From contig JARDVH010000097.1 of assembly GCA_030324005.1 (NCBI GenBank), positions 39,746,380-39,810,154 on the forward strand: DNA of 63,775 nucleotides. The letters are read 5' to 3'. Position numbers and translations under genes: made by a program. The notes under the pieces were generated by a model. The model was not told the origin of the DNA. It made no database searches and saw only the letters and a list, made by a program, of their open reading frames with translations. Shown here piece after piece: positions 52,834 to 63,775 of this stretch (its first letter is position 1; every line of letters starts with the position of its first letter). The stretch is from Negaprion brevirostris. Taxonomy: Eukaryota.

Positions 52834-53513
52834 CAAAAACAGAACATGCTGGAAAATCTCAGCCGGTCTGACAGCAACTGTAGAGAGAGAATAGAGCCAA
52901 CATTTCAAGTCTAGATGCATGGTTCTATGACCCTTGTCAGAGCTGAAAGAGAATCAGCAGATTTATATATGGAGTGGGGATGATGAAATGGGACAAAGGG
53001 AATGTAAGTGAGCATGCAGGAGGCTAAGAAGGTGTTGAAAATGTCCATTAAGTAATCAGAATGTGTGAATGGCAGAACAAAGGTACAGTTTGGTAAAGGA
53101 CTGCCTGAGGAATGTGGCAGTTGGTCTGAAGAAGAGGGGCTATGGTGGGGGAGGGCGGGCCCAGTGGAAAGAAAGAGAGCGATAAAATGCAGAATGAAAT
53201 GAAATAAAATATATGGAAATGGGATGGAGGGGACAGTTCATGCTCTGAAGTTGTTGAACTCAATGTTCAGTGCCTCAGAAGATGGGGTGCTGTTCCTCTT
53301 GTTTGTGGACCCAGACCTTCCCTACTACCCCTCCATACCCTCATAGTATCAGTCTCTGCTGACTCTGTTTCCTCTCAGCTCTGACCAAGGGTCATCTAGA
53401 CCTGAAACGTTGGCTTTGTTCTGTCGCTACAGATGCTGCCAGACCCGCTGAGGTTCTCCAGCATTTTTCTGTTTTTGTTCCAGATTCCAGCACCCGCGGT
53501 ATTTTGCGTTTAG
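52834..53513. mobile_element. Penelope-like element remnant with inverted terminal repeats and 14-bp flanking duplication
   Basis: aaaaacagaacatgctggaaaatctcagc... mirrored by ...gctgaggttctccagcatttttctgttttt; ccccacattaaata at 52820-52833 and 53514-53527. Confidence 0.8.
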
Positions 53514-54169
53514 CCCCACATTAAATAAGTGGGTAAAATGCAGGAAGATCCCCCAAAGTCCACCTAGAGGTGAAATTAGAAATAGGAATAAAGTTGGGGA
53601 TTTATTTCCAAACAAATAATAAATTAGTAAGCTTTGACATAACAGATGTAGCTGGCTCCATTTCTGTCTGTGCTGATTTGCCAGATGGTAGAAACTTGTG
53701 ACCATTTTATTTTCCGTTCTGCTGTTTTCCTCTCTTTTCCAGTGAGGTATATATTTTTATATTCACCACTGATAAGTTGTAATGTTCCTATTAAACTGAA
53801 ACTGGGTCAGATTTTATATGATTGATTTCCAGAATGCCAAAAGATATTCAGGCCAATATTTTGCTTCAGCAGTTGTTGAAATGGGGGGTATATGTAGCTT
53901 CAGCCTGACAGCAACAAGATAAAAAGATGTCACTGTACTGACAGACTCACTGAATGTTCATGTAACAAAAATGCATCCTGATTTAAAATTAGATCTCTCT
54001 GAGGTTTGGACCTAAAGTGGACTGGAGAAATCTTTACAGGGTTTCTGATTTGTGCTTTCCCTCATTGCACTTGATTCTGGCATCGAGAGTAGGAATTTGT
54101 TCTATGCAAAAACTAGAAAGCAATAGCAATTTGTTGGACTGAAATTAGAAAGTGCCAGAGGTGTTAACA

Positions 54170-54532
54170 TGACCATCATGCAAACCAATTTTCCATTCAT
54201 TGACTCTGTCCACACTTCCCAATGCCTTGGCAGTCAGGACCCCATGCACCCCGGACATTCTGTCTTCACCTTCTTCCTTTGGGGAAAAGATACAAAAGTC
54301 TGAGGTCGTGTACCAACCGACTCAAGAACAACTACTTCCCTGCTGCTGTTTTGAATGGACCTACCTTGCATTAAGTTGACCTTTCTCTACACCCTAGTTA
54401 TGACTGTAACACTACATTCTGCACCCTCTCTTTTCCTTCTCTATGAATGATATGTTTGTCTGTACAGCACACAAGAAACAATACTTTTCACTCTATGCAA
54501 ATACATGTGACAAAAATCAAATCAAATCAAAA
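54170..54532 (+). mobile_element. Rex1/Babar LINE 3' end
   Basis: Matches 15200-15580; tail ttttcactcta...atgtgacaaaaatcaaatcaaatc. Confidence 0.85.
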
Positions 54533-54539
54533 AAAGAAA

Positions 54540-55160
54540 CCTTTCACGAGATGTGGGCATCGCTGGCTGGGCCATTTATTACCCATTGCCGTTCATAAGG
54601 TGGCAGTGAACAACACTGTTGACCCTCTGGTCCACATGATGCAGGTTCGCCAATAGTGCTGTTCAGAAGACAGCACCAGGATTTTGACCTTGCAACAGTG
54701 AACGAATGGCAATTTTTCTAAGGCAGGATGGTGAGTGGCTTTGAGGAGAACATCCAGATGGCAGTGTTCCCGTACATCTGCAACCTTTAACCTTCAAGAT
54801 GTAGAGGTTGAGGGACTGGAAGGTGCTGCCAAACACATTTTAGTGAGTGCTGCAGTGTATCTTGTAGATGCAATACTGTGGTCACTGTGCATCAATAACA
54901 GAAGGAGCGCATGTTGAAGTTGGGTATCAGTCAACTGGACTGCTTCATCTTGGATGGTATCAAGCTCTTGAGTGTTGTTAGAGTTGCACTCATCCATCAC
55001 ACTCTCAACTTGTGCCTCCTGGGTGATGGGAAGTTGGTGATGGAAGAAGGTGGTGGGCCTTCAGGCCTTTGCAAGTCAGCTGGTGACTTAATCGTCACAG
55101 AATTCCCAGCTTCTGACATGCTCCTGTAGCCATAGTATTTAGATGGCTGGCCCAGTTCGG
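54540..55160 (-). mobile_element. L2/CR1-group LINE 3' end, old
   Basis: Minus NNTQELDTIQDEAVQL; tail same as 28285. Confidence 0.7.
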
Positions 55161-55174
55161 TTTCTTTTTTTAAA

Positions 55175-55517
55175 ATATTCATTCCTGGGACATGGTGTCG
55201 CTGGCTGGCCAGCAATTTTTGCCCATCCCTAGTTGCCATTGTTCAGAATCAACCACATTGCTGTGGCTCTGGAGTCACATGTAGGCCAGACCAGGTAAGA
55301 AAGGCAGATTTCCTTCCCTAAAGAGCATTAGCGAATCAGATGAGTTTTTCCAACATTCAATAATGGTTTCACAGTCATCAGTAGATTCTTAATTACAGAT
55401 TTTTTTATTGAATTCAAATTCCACCATCTGCTGTGACGGAATTTGAATGCAGTCCCCAGAACATTAGCTGAGTTTCCAGATTAACAATCTAGCAATAATC
55501 CACTAGGCCATTATCTC
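55175..55517 (-). mobile_element. tRNA-derived SINE with L2-group tail
   Basis: Reverse gggaaggaaatctgcc...tggcctacatgtgactccagagccacagcaatgtggttg...gggatgggcaa. Confidence 0.8.
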
Positions 55518-55582
55518 CCCACAGGCATCCCTGAAATTGGATTTTACGGTTTTGGGACTAGTAGGGCCATAAAATCAACCCA

Positions 55583-56056
55583 TAGTTTTTTCCCATATTA
55601 GGGAATAGAAAGCTAGAGGGCATAGGTTTAAGATGAGAGGAAAAAGATTTAAAAGAGACGTGAGAGGCAACTTCTTCACGCAGAGGGTGGTGGGTATATG
55701 GTATGAGCTGCCAGAGAAAGTGATTGAGGCAGATCTCAAATTCCCGACTTGGGTCTGTGTGGAGTTTGCATGTTCTCCCTATGTCTGTGTGAGTTTCCTC
55801 CTACAGTCCAAAGACGTGTTAGTTAGGTGCATTGTCCATGCTAAATTGTCCGTCAGTGTACCCGAACAGGCGCAGGAGTGTGGCAACTGGGGGATTTTCA
55901 CAATAACTTCATTGCAGTAGATAAGAACAAGGATGAAAAAGGATTAGAGGAATATGGGCCAAACATAGGCAATTAGGTCAAGCTGGGAGGCCACCATGAT
56001 CGGCATGGACCGATTGAGCTGAAGACTTGTCTCCATGCTGTACTGCTCTATGACCC
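55583..56056 (+). mobile_element. CR1 3' end with an internal V-SINE-B segment (55741-55918)
   Basis: MRGKRFKRDVRGNFFTQRVVGIWYELPEKVIEA, then SINE sequence, then CR1 3'UTR. Confidence 0.8.
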
Positions 56057-56291
56057 TGCTGGGCTTCTACAGTCCACTAAATTTCAAAGCCCAGCCCCAA
56101 ACATAACCCAATGCTAATACTTCTGCTGCTAAACTGTGGGCTATCTAAGCCAAACCTCATCATCCAATGCTATGGAAGGACCCAGCTTTCAGCATTGCCA
56201 CCTCAAGACCATCATCTTGCACTTCAGACACATTCTTGACAAGGTCCATAGCTGAAGTAAGACTTTATGGCCTCACTGGTCCCGAAACCTC

Positions 56292-56693
56292 AGCAGCATA
56301 GTGGTTAGCACTGAAGCCTCACAGCACCAGGGGCCTGGGTTCAATTTCCGGCTTGGGTCTGTGTAGAGTCTGCATGTTCTCTGTGTGTCTGTGTGAGTCT
56401 CCTCCAGGTGCTCTGGTTTCCTCCCACAGTCCAAAGACGTGTTAGTTAGGTGCATTGTCCATGCTAAATTGTCCTTCAGTGTACCCAACAGGTGCAGATA
56501 TGTGGCTAGGGGATTTTCATAGTAACTTCATTGCAGTGGCAACATTGAAGAAAACATTTGGATAAGAACAAGGGTGAGAAAGGATTAGAGAAATATGGGC
56601 CAAACGCAGGCAGGCAGGCAGGGGATTTTCACAGTAACTTCATTGCAGTGTTAATGTAAGCCTACTTATGACTCATAAATAAACTTTACTTTT
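56292..56693 (+). mobile_element. V-SINE subfamily B with an internal CR1 segment (about 56539-56612) and duplicated tail motif
   Basis: ggggattttca.agtaacttcattgcagtg occurs on both sides of the CR1 segment. Confidence 0.85.
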
Positions 56694-57311
56694 AGCTCAG
56701 ATGAAATAATGGGTGGTGAATACATAACACCTTTTCAAAATACTTTAAAAACATGGATTTCCATATTTAAATAATTTATTATATGTAGATTTATCATACA
56801 CACACTTTAATAATTTGCTGAATGTTACTACACTGCTTTATTGCTGTGTAGTTTTTGATGATGTCTGGAGTCGTACTAATTTTCAAATGTTAAAATGAAG
56901 TCGCATTGGAGAATAATTTGGGAAGCGCTGCACTCATCTATCTAAAAATATGAACCTTTCATGTAATACATATGTTTACTGTTTCCCGTTACTAAATACA
57001 TTAACTTAACATTTATCCACATTAAAAGCCATCTGCCATTTGTCAGTTTGTCTATTTAATTAGTCTAAATTCCTCTGAGTGCAATCAGTCTCCTTTCTAC
57101 TTGCTGCCTACCCACATTGTTTTATAATAAGTTGCCGCCTATTATTCATATATAGTGTGAACAACACAAAATTCCCTACAAGCCCAAATCACTTAATGCA
57201 GAACAAAAAGCATGATAGATATCCTTGACTTCAGAAAGGGAAATCGGATATATATCTCACGATGGTTAAGATCATGCACCATTTTCTAATTGATTACAAT
57301 GGTTTGCATTT

Positions 57312-57555
57312 TTTTATTCCTTCGTGGTTGGGCCAGCATTTATTCCCCATTCTGAGTTGCCCTTGTACTCAGTGGTTTTTTAGGCCATTTCAGAGGGCAG
57401 ATGAGAGTCAACCACATTGCAGGGGGTCTAGAGTCACATGTTGGTCAGACCAGATAAAGACGGCAGATTTCCTTCCCTCAAAAACATTAGTGATGGTTTT
57501 TTCCGACAATCCACAATGGTTTCATGGTCATCGGTAGATTCTTAATTCCAGATAT
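57312..57555 (-). mobile_element. tRNA-derived SINE with L2-group tail, 3' part
   Basis: Same family as 55175. Confidence 0.75.
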
Positions 57556-57789
57556 CATCGCCTCCCTGTTAAGAGAACTACAATGGAGATTAAGCTATTT
57601 GTTGTTCATTTCTAATAAAGGAAAAGAATAAGGTAATTAAAAATGTCCATCTAATTAAAAAATGTGGCTTGATTCTGCAATGATGTTCAGACTTTGCACT
57701 TTCTTCCATTCCAAGATATTCCTTGGTAAATCACTAACTAGGCTCAAGATTCCAATTGGTGGGAGACTGCCATATTAAAGATTGATCAT

Positions 57790-58110
57790 ATGGACATACA
57801 GATTAGGAGTAGGCCACTCAGCCCCTTGAGTCTGCTCACTCATTTAATTAGATCATACCTGACCTGATTGTGACATCAATCCCACATTCCTACCTACCTC
57901 CAATAACCGCCCATCCACTTATTAATCAAGAATCTATCTGGCTCTGCCTTTAAAATATTCAGACTCCCTCTACCCTTTGAGGAAGAGACTGCCAGAGAGT
58001 CATGGCCCTCAGAGAGAAAAAATTCGCCTCAACTCTTATTTATAAATATTGACTTCTAGATTCTCCGACGAGGGGAAACATCCTCACCACATCCACCCTG
58101 TCAAAGTTGG
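57790..58110 (-). mobile_element. CR1 3' end, old
   Basis: aggagtaggccactcagcccctt...atcaagaatctatc reverse tail. Confidence 0.7.
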
Positions 58111-58334
58111 AGTGTGACAGCCTAATTAGAGCCCTGAAGTCAATGGAAACAAAGACTGCTCAGTCCCATGTAGAATCCCACCATATTTCTCTCATTACTC
58201 ATTGATGACAACTCACCAACTTATAACGGCTGTTGCTGAGATCGCCTCCTCTGGCTTCAGGCATTCAATTCTTAGACAAATGAGCAATGCTTTACTTGTA
58301 AGGTTTAAAGCTGTTACCTTTGTTTTGTTTCATA

Positions 58335-58620
58335 TAAAAGGGCTTGCATTTATAGAATGCCTATGCCATAAATTCTCAAACTATTTTATAGTCAATGAAA
58401 TCCGTTCTTTGAAGCGTAGCTAATGTTGTAATGTGGCAACAGCAATTATGGCCAGATAAACTGTTTGACGTTGGCTGAGAGGTAATTATTGCCTAGAAGA
58501 TTGAAAGAAAAACCCCTGATTTTCTTCAAAAGAACTCTCTGGGAGATTTTACATCCACATGAGAGGGCAGCCTTGGTTTCATGTCACATCTTCACTTTTG
58601 ACAGTGCAGTATTGCACAGA
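58335..58620 (-). mobile_element. Deu-SINE (SacSINE1-like)
   Basis: cttgcatttatag...aatgttgtaatgt...ttttacatccacatgagagggcag reverse match. Confidence 0.65.
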
Positions 58621-59659
58621 TCAGTGTAAAAAGGTAAATTTGTTTTCAAGATAGAGTGGAGACATAACAGATAATGTTGGACGGTAAACTTAAAGAACAT
58701 GAGTACATAAAAAATAGTTTAAATTGTGTCCTTGAAAATCCCATCTTTAATCACAGTGACACTCCTGAATAAAGTTATAAAGATCGGTGAAATAACGCTG
58801 GAACAGGAAGATAACATAGGGGATTTTCACAGTAACCTTCATTGCAGTATTAATGTAAGCCTGCTTGTGATACTAACAAAATAAGCTTTTAAACAATCAA
58901 AAATGAGACAGTGTGCTAGTTATAGTTGTTGGTTTGCTAGAATAGTTTAAAAGAAGGATACGAAGATAAACTATCTTCAACTGGAGACATGGAGGGGGGC
59001 CTGGACAAGCAATTATCCACTACACCTAGAGAACCAGGAATTTTACACAAGGAACTTCTTGCATATTTTCTATATGTAGGACTAGACTGTAGTGTTAGTA
59101 TGTTATCCTGAGGCAAATAATAAATCACAGAATCCTACAGTGCAGAAGGCAACCATTTGGCCCATCGAGTCTGCACAGACCACAATCCCACCCAGGCCCT
59201 CTCCCCAGAATTCCATTCATTTATAAAGTAATTAACTGCATAAATGTAGTTAATGGTCAGACGTACCACCGTCTCTAGCTTCTATCAATCTGCATTAAAA
59301 GGATAAAGATTACCCAATATATTGAATTGAAGTATCAGTCTGAGTTAAGTGTCCAAGTCTCCGGAGGGGGACAGGAATGAGAGTATTACCATTGAACCAA
59401 GGGCAGCACTTCATAAGAATTAAAACATTTTGGCTCAAATTTTCCACTTTCCAGTTTGTCGGAGATGGGATGTATGACAGAACATGGGTGTCAAGATGCT
59501 GAGAAAGTCCTGATATGGGGACTTACACTGGAATTTTGCGAGATCTTGTGCAAGTGTCTCAGACTCTGAGCTATAGTCAGAGACTTCAAACAGATCCGTG
59601 ACATTACTTGGATAGTTACTCAGGAAATAGTATGGATAATTAGTTCATAACAGCTAGGT

Positions 59660-60412
59660 AACCCCACAACTGACACCTGTTCTCCTCACTCCCACTAGTC
59701 CACAACCCACCTATTCCTCTGACCACCCAACTAACCTTGCAGCTGGACTCAACTACCCCAAACTGACCTAACTAATCCCTACCACCCATTCAATTACACC
59801 CTGACCTGATCCGATCTTTCCTCCTGAACTGCCAACTAACTCCTGATCATTTTACTATCCCCTAACCTGTCCCAACTACCTCATCACCCAACCTGACTAC
59901 TCTCTGACCACTGAAGCACCCATTGACCTGACCCAACTATGCTCCAAGCAGACCTGATTACCCCATGTTACCTAACTCTCCCAAACCACCCAGCAAACCC
60001 CACTGACTCAACTGCCTCACAGCCAAGTGACTAACCCCTAACCAACTGCCTACCCCTCAAACCAGACCTAACTACCTTCAACGAAACCAACTAACATCCA
60101 CCTCTTCTCACTCACTCTCCCAACTACCTGATGGAACAGATCCAACTATCCTTCGATCACCCGATTATTGCCAATGACAACCCAACTTCTCAGCTCTCCT
60201 GACCCAACTATCCCTCAATCGTGTAATTACCCCCGACCCAAACTGACTACCCTCTGACCCACTCAAATGCATCCACCAACCAAACCAAACTATTCCCACT
60301 GACTGCCATCAACAAATAGACTACCCCCTTCACCAACTGGGCCATCTAAGCACCCGATTATAGTCCTCATCTAATCCAACTCTTACCCCCCAACCTGAGT
60401 ATTCCTCAACAA
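59660..60412 (+). repeat. Degenerate C/A-rich (acccaactacc / acctgactacc-like) repeat array
   Basis: Recurrent acccaacta, acctgacta motifs with strong G depletion. Confidence 0.7.
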
Positions 60413-60844
60413 AACTTGAGGGGGAGAGGGGAGGGTTCGGATACAAAAATTGCACATCTTACATATAGCCTGACTCTTCTGTGCCTATGTCGAAGCCTCA
60501 AAAGAACTCCAGTTTAGAAACCAAGCTGAAAGTGTGATGTATCAGCGGTGGTGGAACATAACTCCAGATTTTCAATCTGCACTGGATTCTGCAATAACTA
60601 TGAGAGAGAGAGAGAGTTCACATTAGCTTACAGGAGACTCGCAAATGTCACTTTAATGAATACATTTTTCTAAAGCATTTGAGCTAGCCAAGTTGCATAC
60701 TTCCCACTGTAAATGTAGAATTTTATTTCACCAAATGCTTTAACCCACCCAAAGATTGTTTGCTGCCTCTACTCACTGCCGTTAGACCAGAAAGTAAGTG
60801 TGTAACTAAGTAAATGTAAATACTCACCTATTATCAGAGCAAGT

Positions 60845-61270
60845 GATGGAAGTGGCTACCTCACAGTGCCAGGGACCCAGGCTCAATTCCGGTCTTACAA
60901 AGAACAAAGAACAAAACAGCCTGGGGAACAGGCCCTTCGGCCCACCTCGCCCATGCCGCCTTTTTAACATTGAGTCCCCCCTCCACTCATGACCCTCGTC
61001 TCTGTTTATGGCATTCCACATTGAGGGAAGACTAATTTAGGGATCACTGTCTGTGTGGAGTTTGCACATTTCTCCTGTGTTTGTGTGGGTTTCCTGCCAC
61101 AGTCCAAAGAAGTACAAGTTAGGTGGATTGGCCATGCTAAGTTAACCCTAGAGTCATGGGATTAGCAGATTAAATATGAGGGATTATGGGAATAGGGCCC
61201 AGGTGGGATTGTGGTCAGTGCAAACTCGATGGGCTGAATGGCTTCCTTCTGTACTGTAGGGATTCTATGA
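60845..61270 (+). mobile_element. HE1-like V-SINE interrupted by an inverted CR1 tail (about 60895-61040)
   Basis: Head to ctcaattccgg, insert acaaagaacaaagaac...ggcccttcggccca, SINE resumes at tcactgtctgtgtggag. Confidence 0.8.
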
Positions 61271-61489
61271 AGTTAGGAGAGATGAGCAGTGTAGTACTTC
61301 CATACAGGCTGCGTTATAAAATCGAATTGGAGGTTTCAACATGGCGCATTTCTGGCGTGCGTGTGCATGTGTCAGGATTTTCCCATAGTTCTGACGTGCA
61401 TGAGCAGTAGTGCACAATCCACTTAAGTCGAGATTCAGGCAAGAAGTTACAGGCCATTGTCTCCTGGCTCCTGACCACAGTTTGACACT

Positions 61490-61860
61490 AAAGATGTACA
61501 TTCTCAGAACTAGTTCCTTTCTCTTTATGAATAACATAACAATATGGACCTTAAAAATGAAAGTGCAATGGATAAAGCAATTTAAAAGGGACAAATGAGG
61601 TCCTGAAATTTTAAATATAGGAGCATTGAACCAGAAGTGCTGTTTTTCACTAAATGTTGGTTGCACAATTCTTGGAGGATCCAGTTCTAGGACCCCACTT
61701 TCAGAGAAGTAATGAAGCATGAAAACATTTTGGTAAAATTATTTAAGAATGATGCTAGGAATGTAAGGTTATAGTTATAGAAAATGGCTCGTAAAGCTGA
61801 AAAGAAAAATTAGACAATGATTTAATCATGGTTATAGAATTGTGAAATGGCTGAATGACA
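61490..61860 (+). mobile_element. Very old CR1 ORF2 3' fragment
   Basis: ccagttctaggaccccactttcag...atttaagaatgatgctaggaatg...agttatagaaaatggct. Confidence 0.55.
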
Positions 61861-62759
61861 AATGAAATCAAGCAGCAATCAATTGTTTGGCAAATCATCA
61901 ATGTTGTCAGATTCTTATGCAATTGCTCACGTCTATCCCAAATATATGCAGCTCCAGCTGTCCTAGTATACTTTATCCAGTTTTGTCCAAGCCATTGACA
62001 GTTTCCATCTTTGATGCTCTTCAGACCTCAGCACTCCCAATCCCTGCATCAGCTACACCGAGTTAGCATGGTTCACGTTAGCCACCTATTCAAGAGACTT
62101 GAATCCATAATCCAAATTGACACACCCTTGCAATATGGAGGGAGTGCTGCACTGTCAGAGGTGCCATCTTTTCCATTGACTTGGATTAAAAAGTTAGCAC
62201 TGTATCTACACTAAGTCACATGGCCACCTTCCAGCTACTTGCTTTATCATCCACAGCAGATAGCAGGCAAATTACACTAACACCAAGGAGTCTGGGATTC
62301 TGCTTTCAAAGTATTTCTATCTTTGTAATATTGAGCAAACACTAGTTATAACTGTTACAATTGCAGATATGTCGAATGTTTTGCAAATGAGCATTTGAAG
62401 TATAGCTGTTGTCGTATTGTAATAACATGTGGCTTGCTCACAATTGAATGGGCAACTTACAGAAATTTGAGGATAATAAATGAAACAAATTTGAAAATTA
62501 CTACAGGCCAGATCTTCCAGTTTCTGGATTGTTGGAGACTGGATGTATAACCCAAAATGATACCAGGACCCTACAGAGGTCCCAGCATATTGACTGCATG
62601 GGATTTGCCTGGGAAGTTCTAGCTGTTGATGAACAGCTCCCCGAGATCCCCAAAAAGTCTCTGGCTCTAAGCACCCAGGAAATTGTTGGACTGAAAAATC
62701 CAAGTCTAATTCAGGAAAACTATACAAATTACCCTGTCCTCTACTCTTTCCCTGACAGC

Positions 62760-63425
62760 GCCCCCCCCCCCCCCCCCCCCCCCCCGCAACCCACCTCAAT
62801 ACAAACTGAATATCCTCCACAACCTGACTAGTCCACCAACCTTACTTGCTTACCCCTCCTGATTCAGCACAACCTGACAACTTCCGACATCCCTACCTAC
62901 TCATCCACCTGCGACCATACCTACAGCCTACCACTTCAACCACCTGTCACCATGCCCACCTGCCATCCTATCAACTCACCCGCAACTGCTGCCACCCCAT
63001 CAACCACCCAGCTGCCAACCTGCCACCTTATCACTTCACACAACTTCCTCCCAGTCCACCTTGATGAACTCTTACCCCCCACCCCTCCCCTCCACCCCCC
63101 GGCCAACCGTCCAGTTGACACNNNNNNNNNNNNNNNNNNNNNNNNNNNNNNNNNNNNNNNNNNNNNNNNNNNNNNNNNNNNNNNNNNNNNNNNNNNNNNN
63201 NNNNNNNNNNNNNNNNNNNNNTTCCAGTTCACACATCTGCCACCCTATTCATCTCAACCACTGGCTATCCCACCACCACACCCACCTGCCACAATGGCAA
63301 CTTGCCCATATGCCATCCAACTCACTAGCCACCCTGCCACATTACTAACCTGTCACTTCATCCACATATGACCCTATCTGCTTCCCCATTTATCTCACCC
63401 ACCGAGCCACAGTACCACCTAAACA
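62760..63425 (+). repeat. C/A-rich low-complexity array starting with a poly-C run
   Basis: Poly-C at 62761-62785, then acctgcc/acccacc motifs. Confidence 0.7.
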
Positions 63426-63775
63426 ATTCAGTTATTCAGCAGCTGCCTTAATGTGCTTCATAAAATAAATGTTAGCTTGATTTTTTTACAGCAGATTGAG
63501 CACTTGAGATTTTTTTGGGTGGAGTTGTTTTTTGAAGGTGACTTTATTCAGTATGGTATGTATCTGAATTTGATTATATTGTCTGAAGTTTATTTTTTAA
63601 TGTCCACTTCAAGTATATCCTGTGATCTGCCCATAGTGGTCATTGGGTCAGTGTCAATTGAGGATACATGGAGAGAATAGAGAGGAAATGGAGCTTTGAG
63701 GGGACATGGAGGTCAACGGAATATAATGGGGATGGAGGGAGCATGGGATGCATGTGGAAAATAGGGATGCAGGGT

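Overview
Vertebrate genomic DNA from a cartilaginous fish, most likely a shark (inferred from HE1-type V-SINEs, SacSINE1-like Deu-SINEs and shark-type CR1 and Penelope repeats), in a gapped draft assembly. Nearly all ORF-track entries are spurious or decayed transposon fragments. One host coding exon is clear: 48247-48318 (+), [24 protein letters not shown], the penultimate ANC1-homology-domain exon of MLLT1/ENL. The window is therefore mostly very large MLLT1 introns filled with SINEs, CR1, L2-group and Rex1/Babar LINEs, a decayed and multiply interrupted Ty3/Gypsy element, a solo LTR, PIF/Harbinger and hAT remnants, MITEs, Penelope-like elements with decayed hammerhead-ribozyme cores, and a tRNA-Asn pseudogene. 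The most interesting signals are three candidate unannotated MLLT1 alternative exons (an AF9-like NGDLDK exon lacking a donor, a UGC-preceded 6/27-nt microexon, and a 58-nt frameshifting exon), two local templated-copy rearrangements, and one SINE head carrying two different LINE tails. No prokaryotic-type system (CRISPR etc.) is present. Repeat boundaries were read by eye and are approximate.
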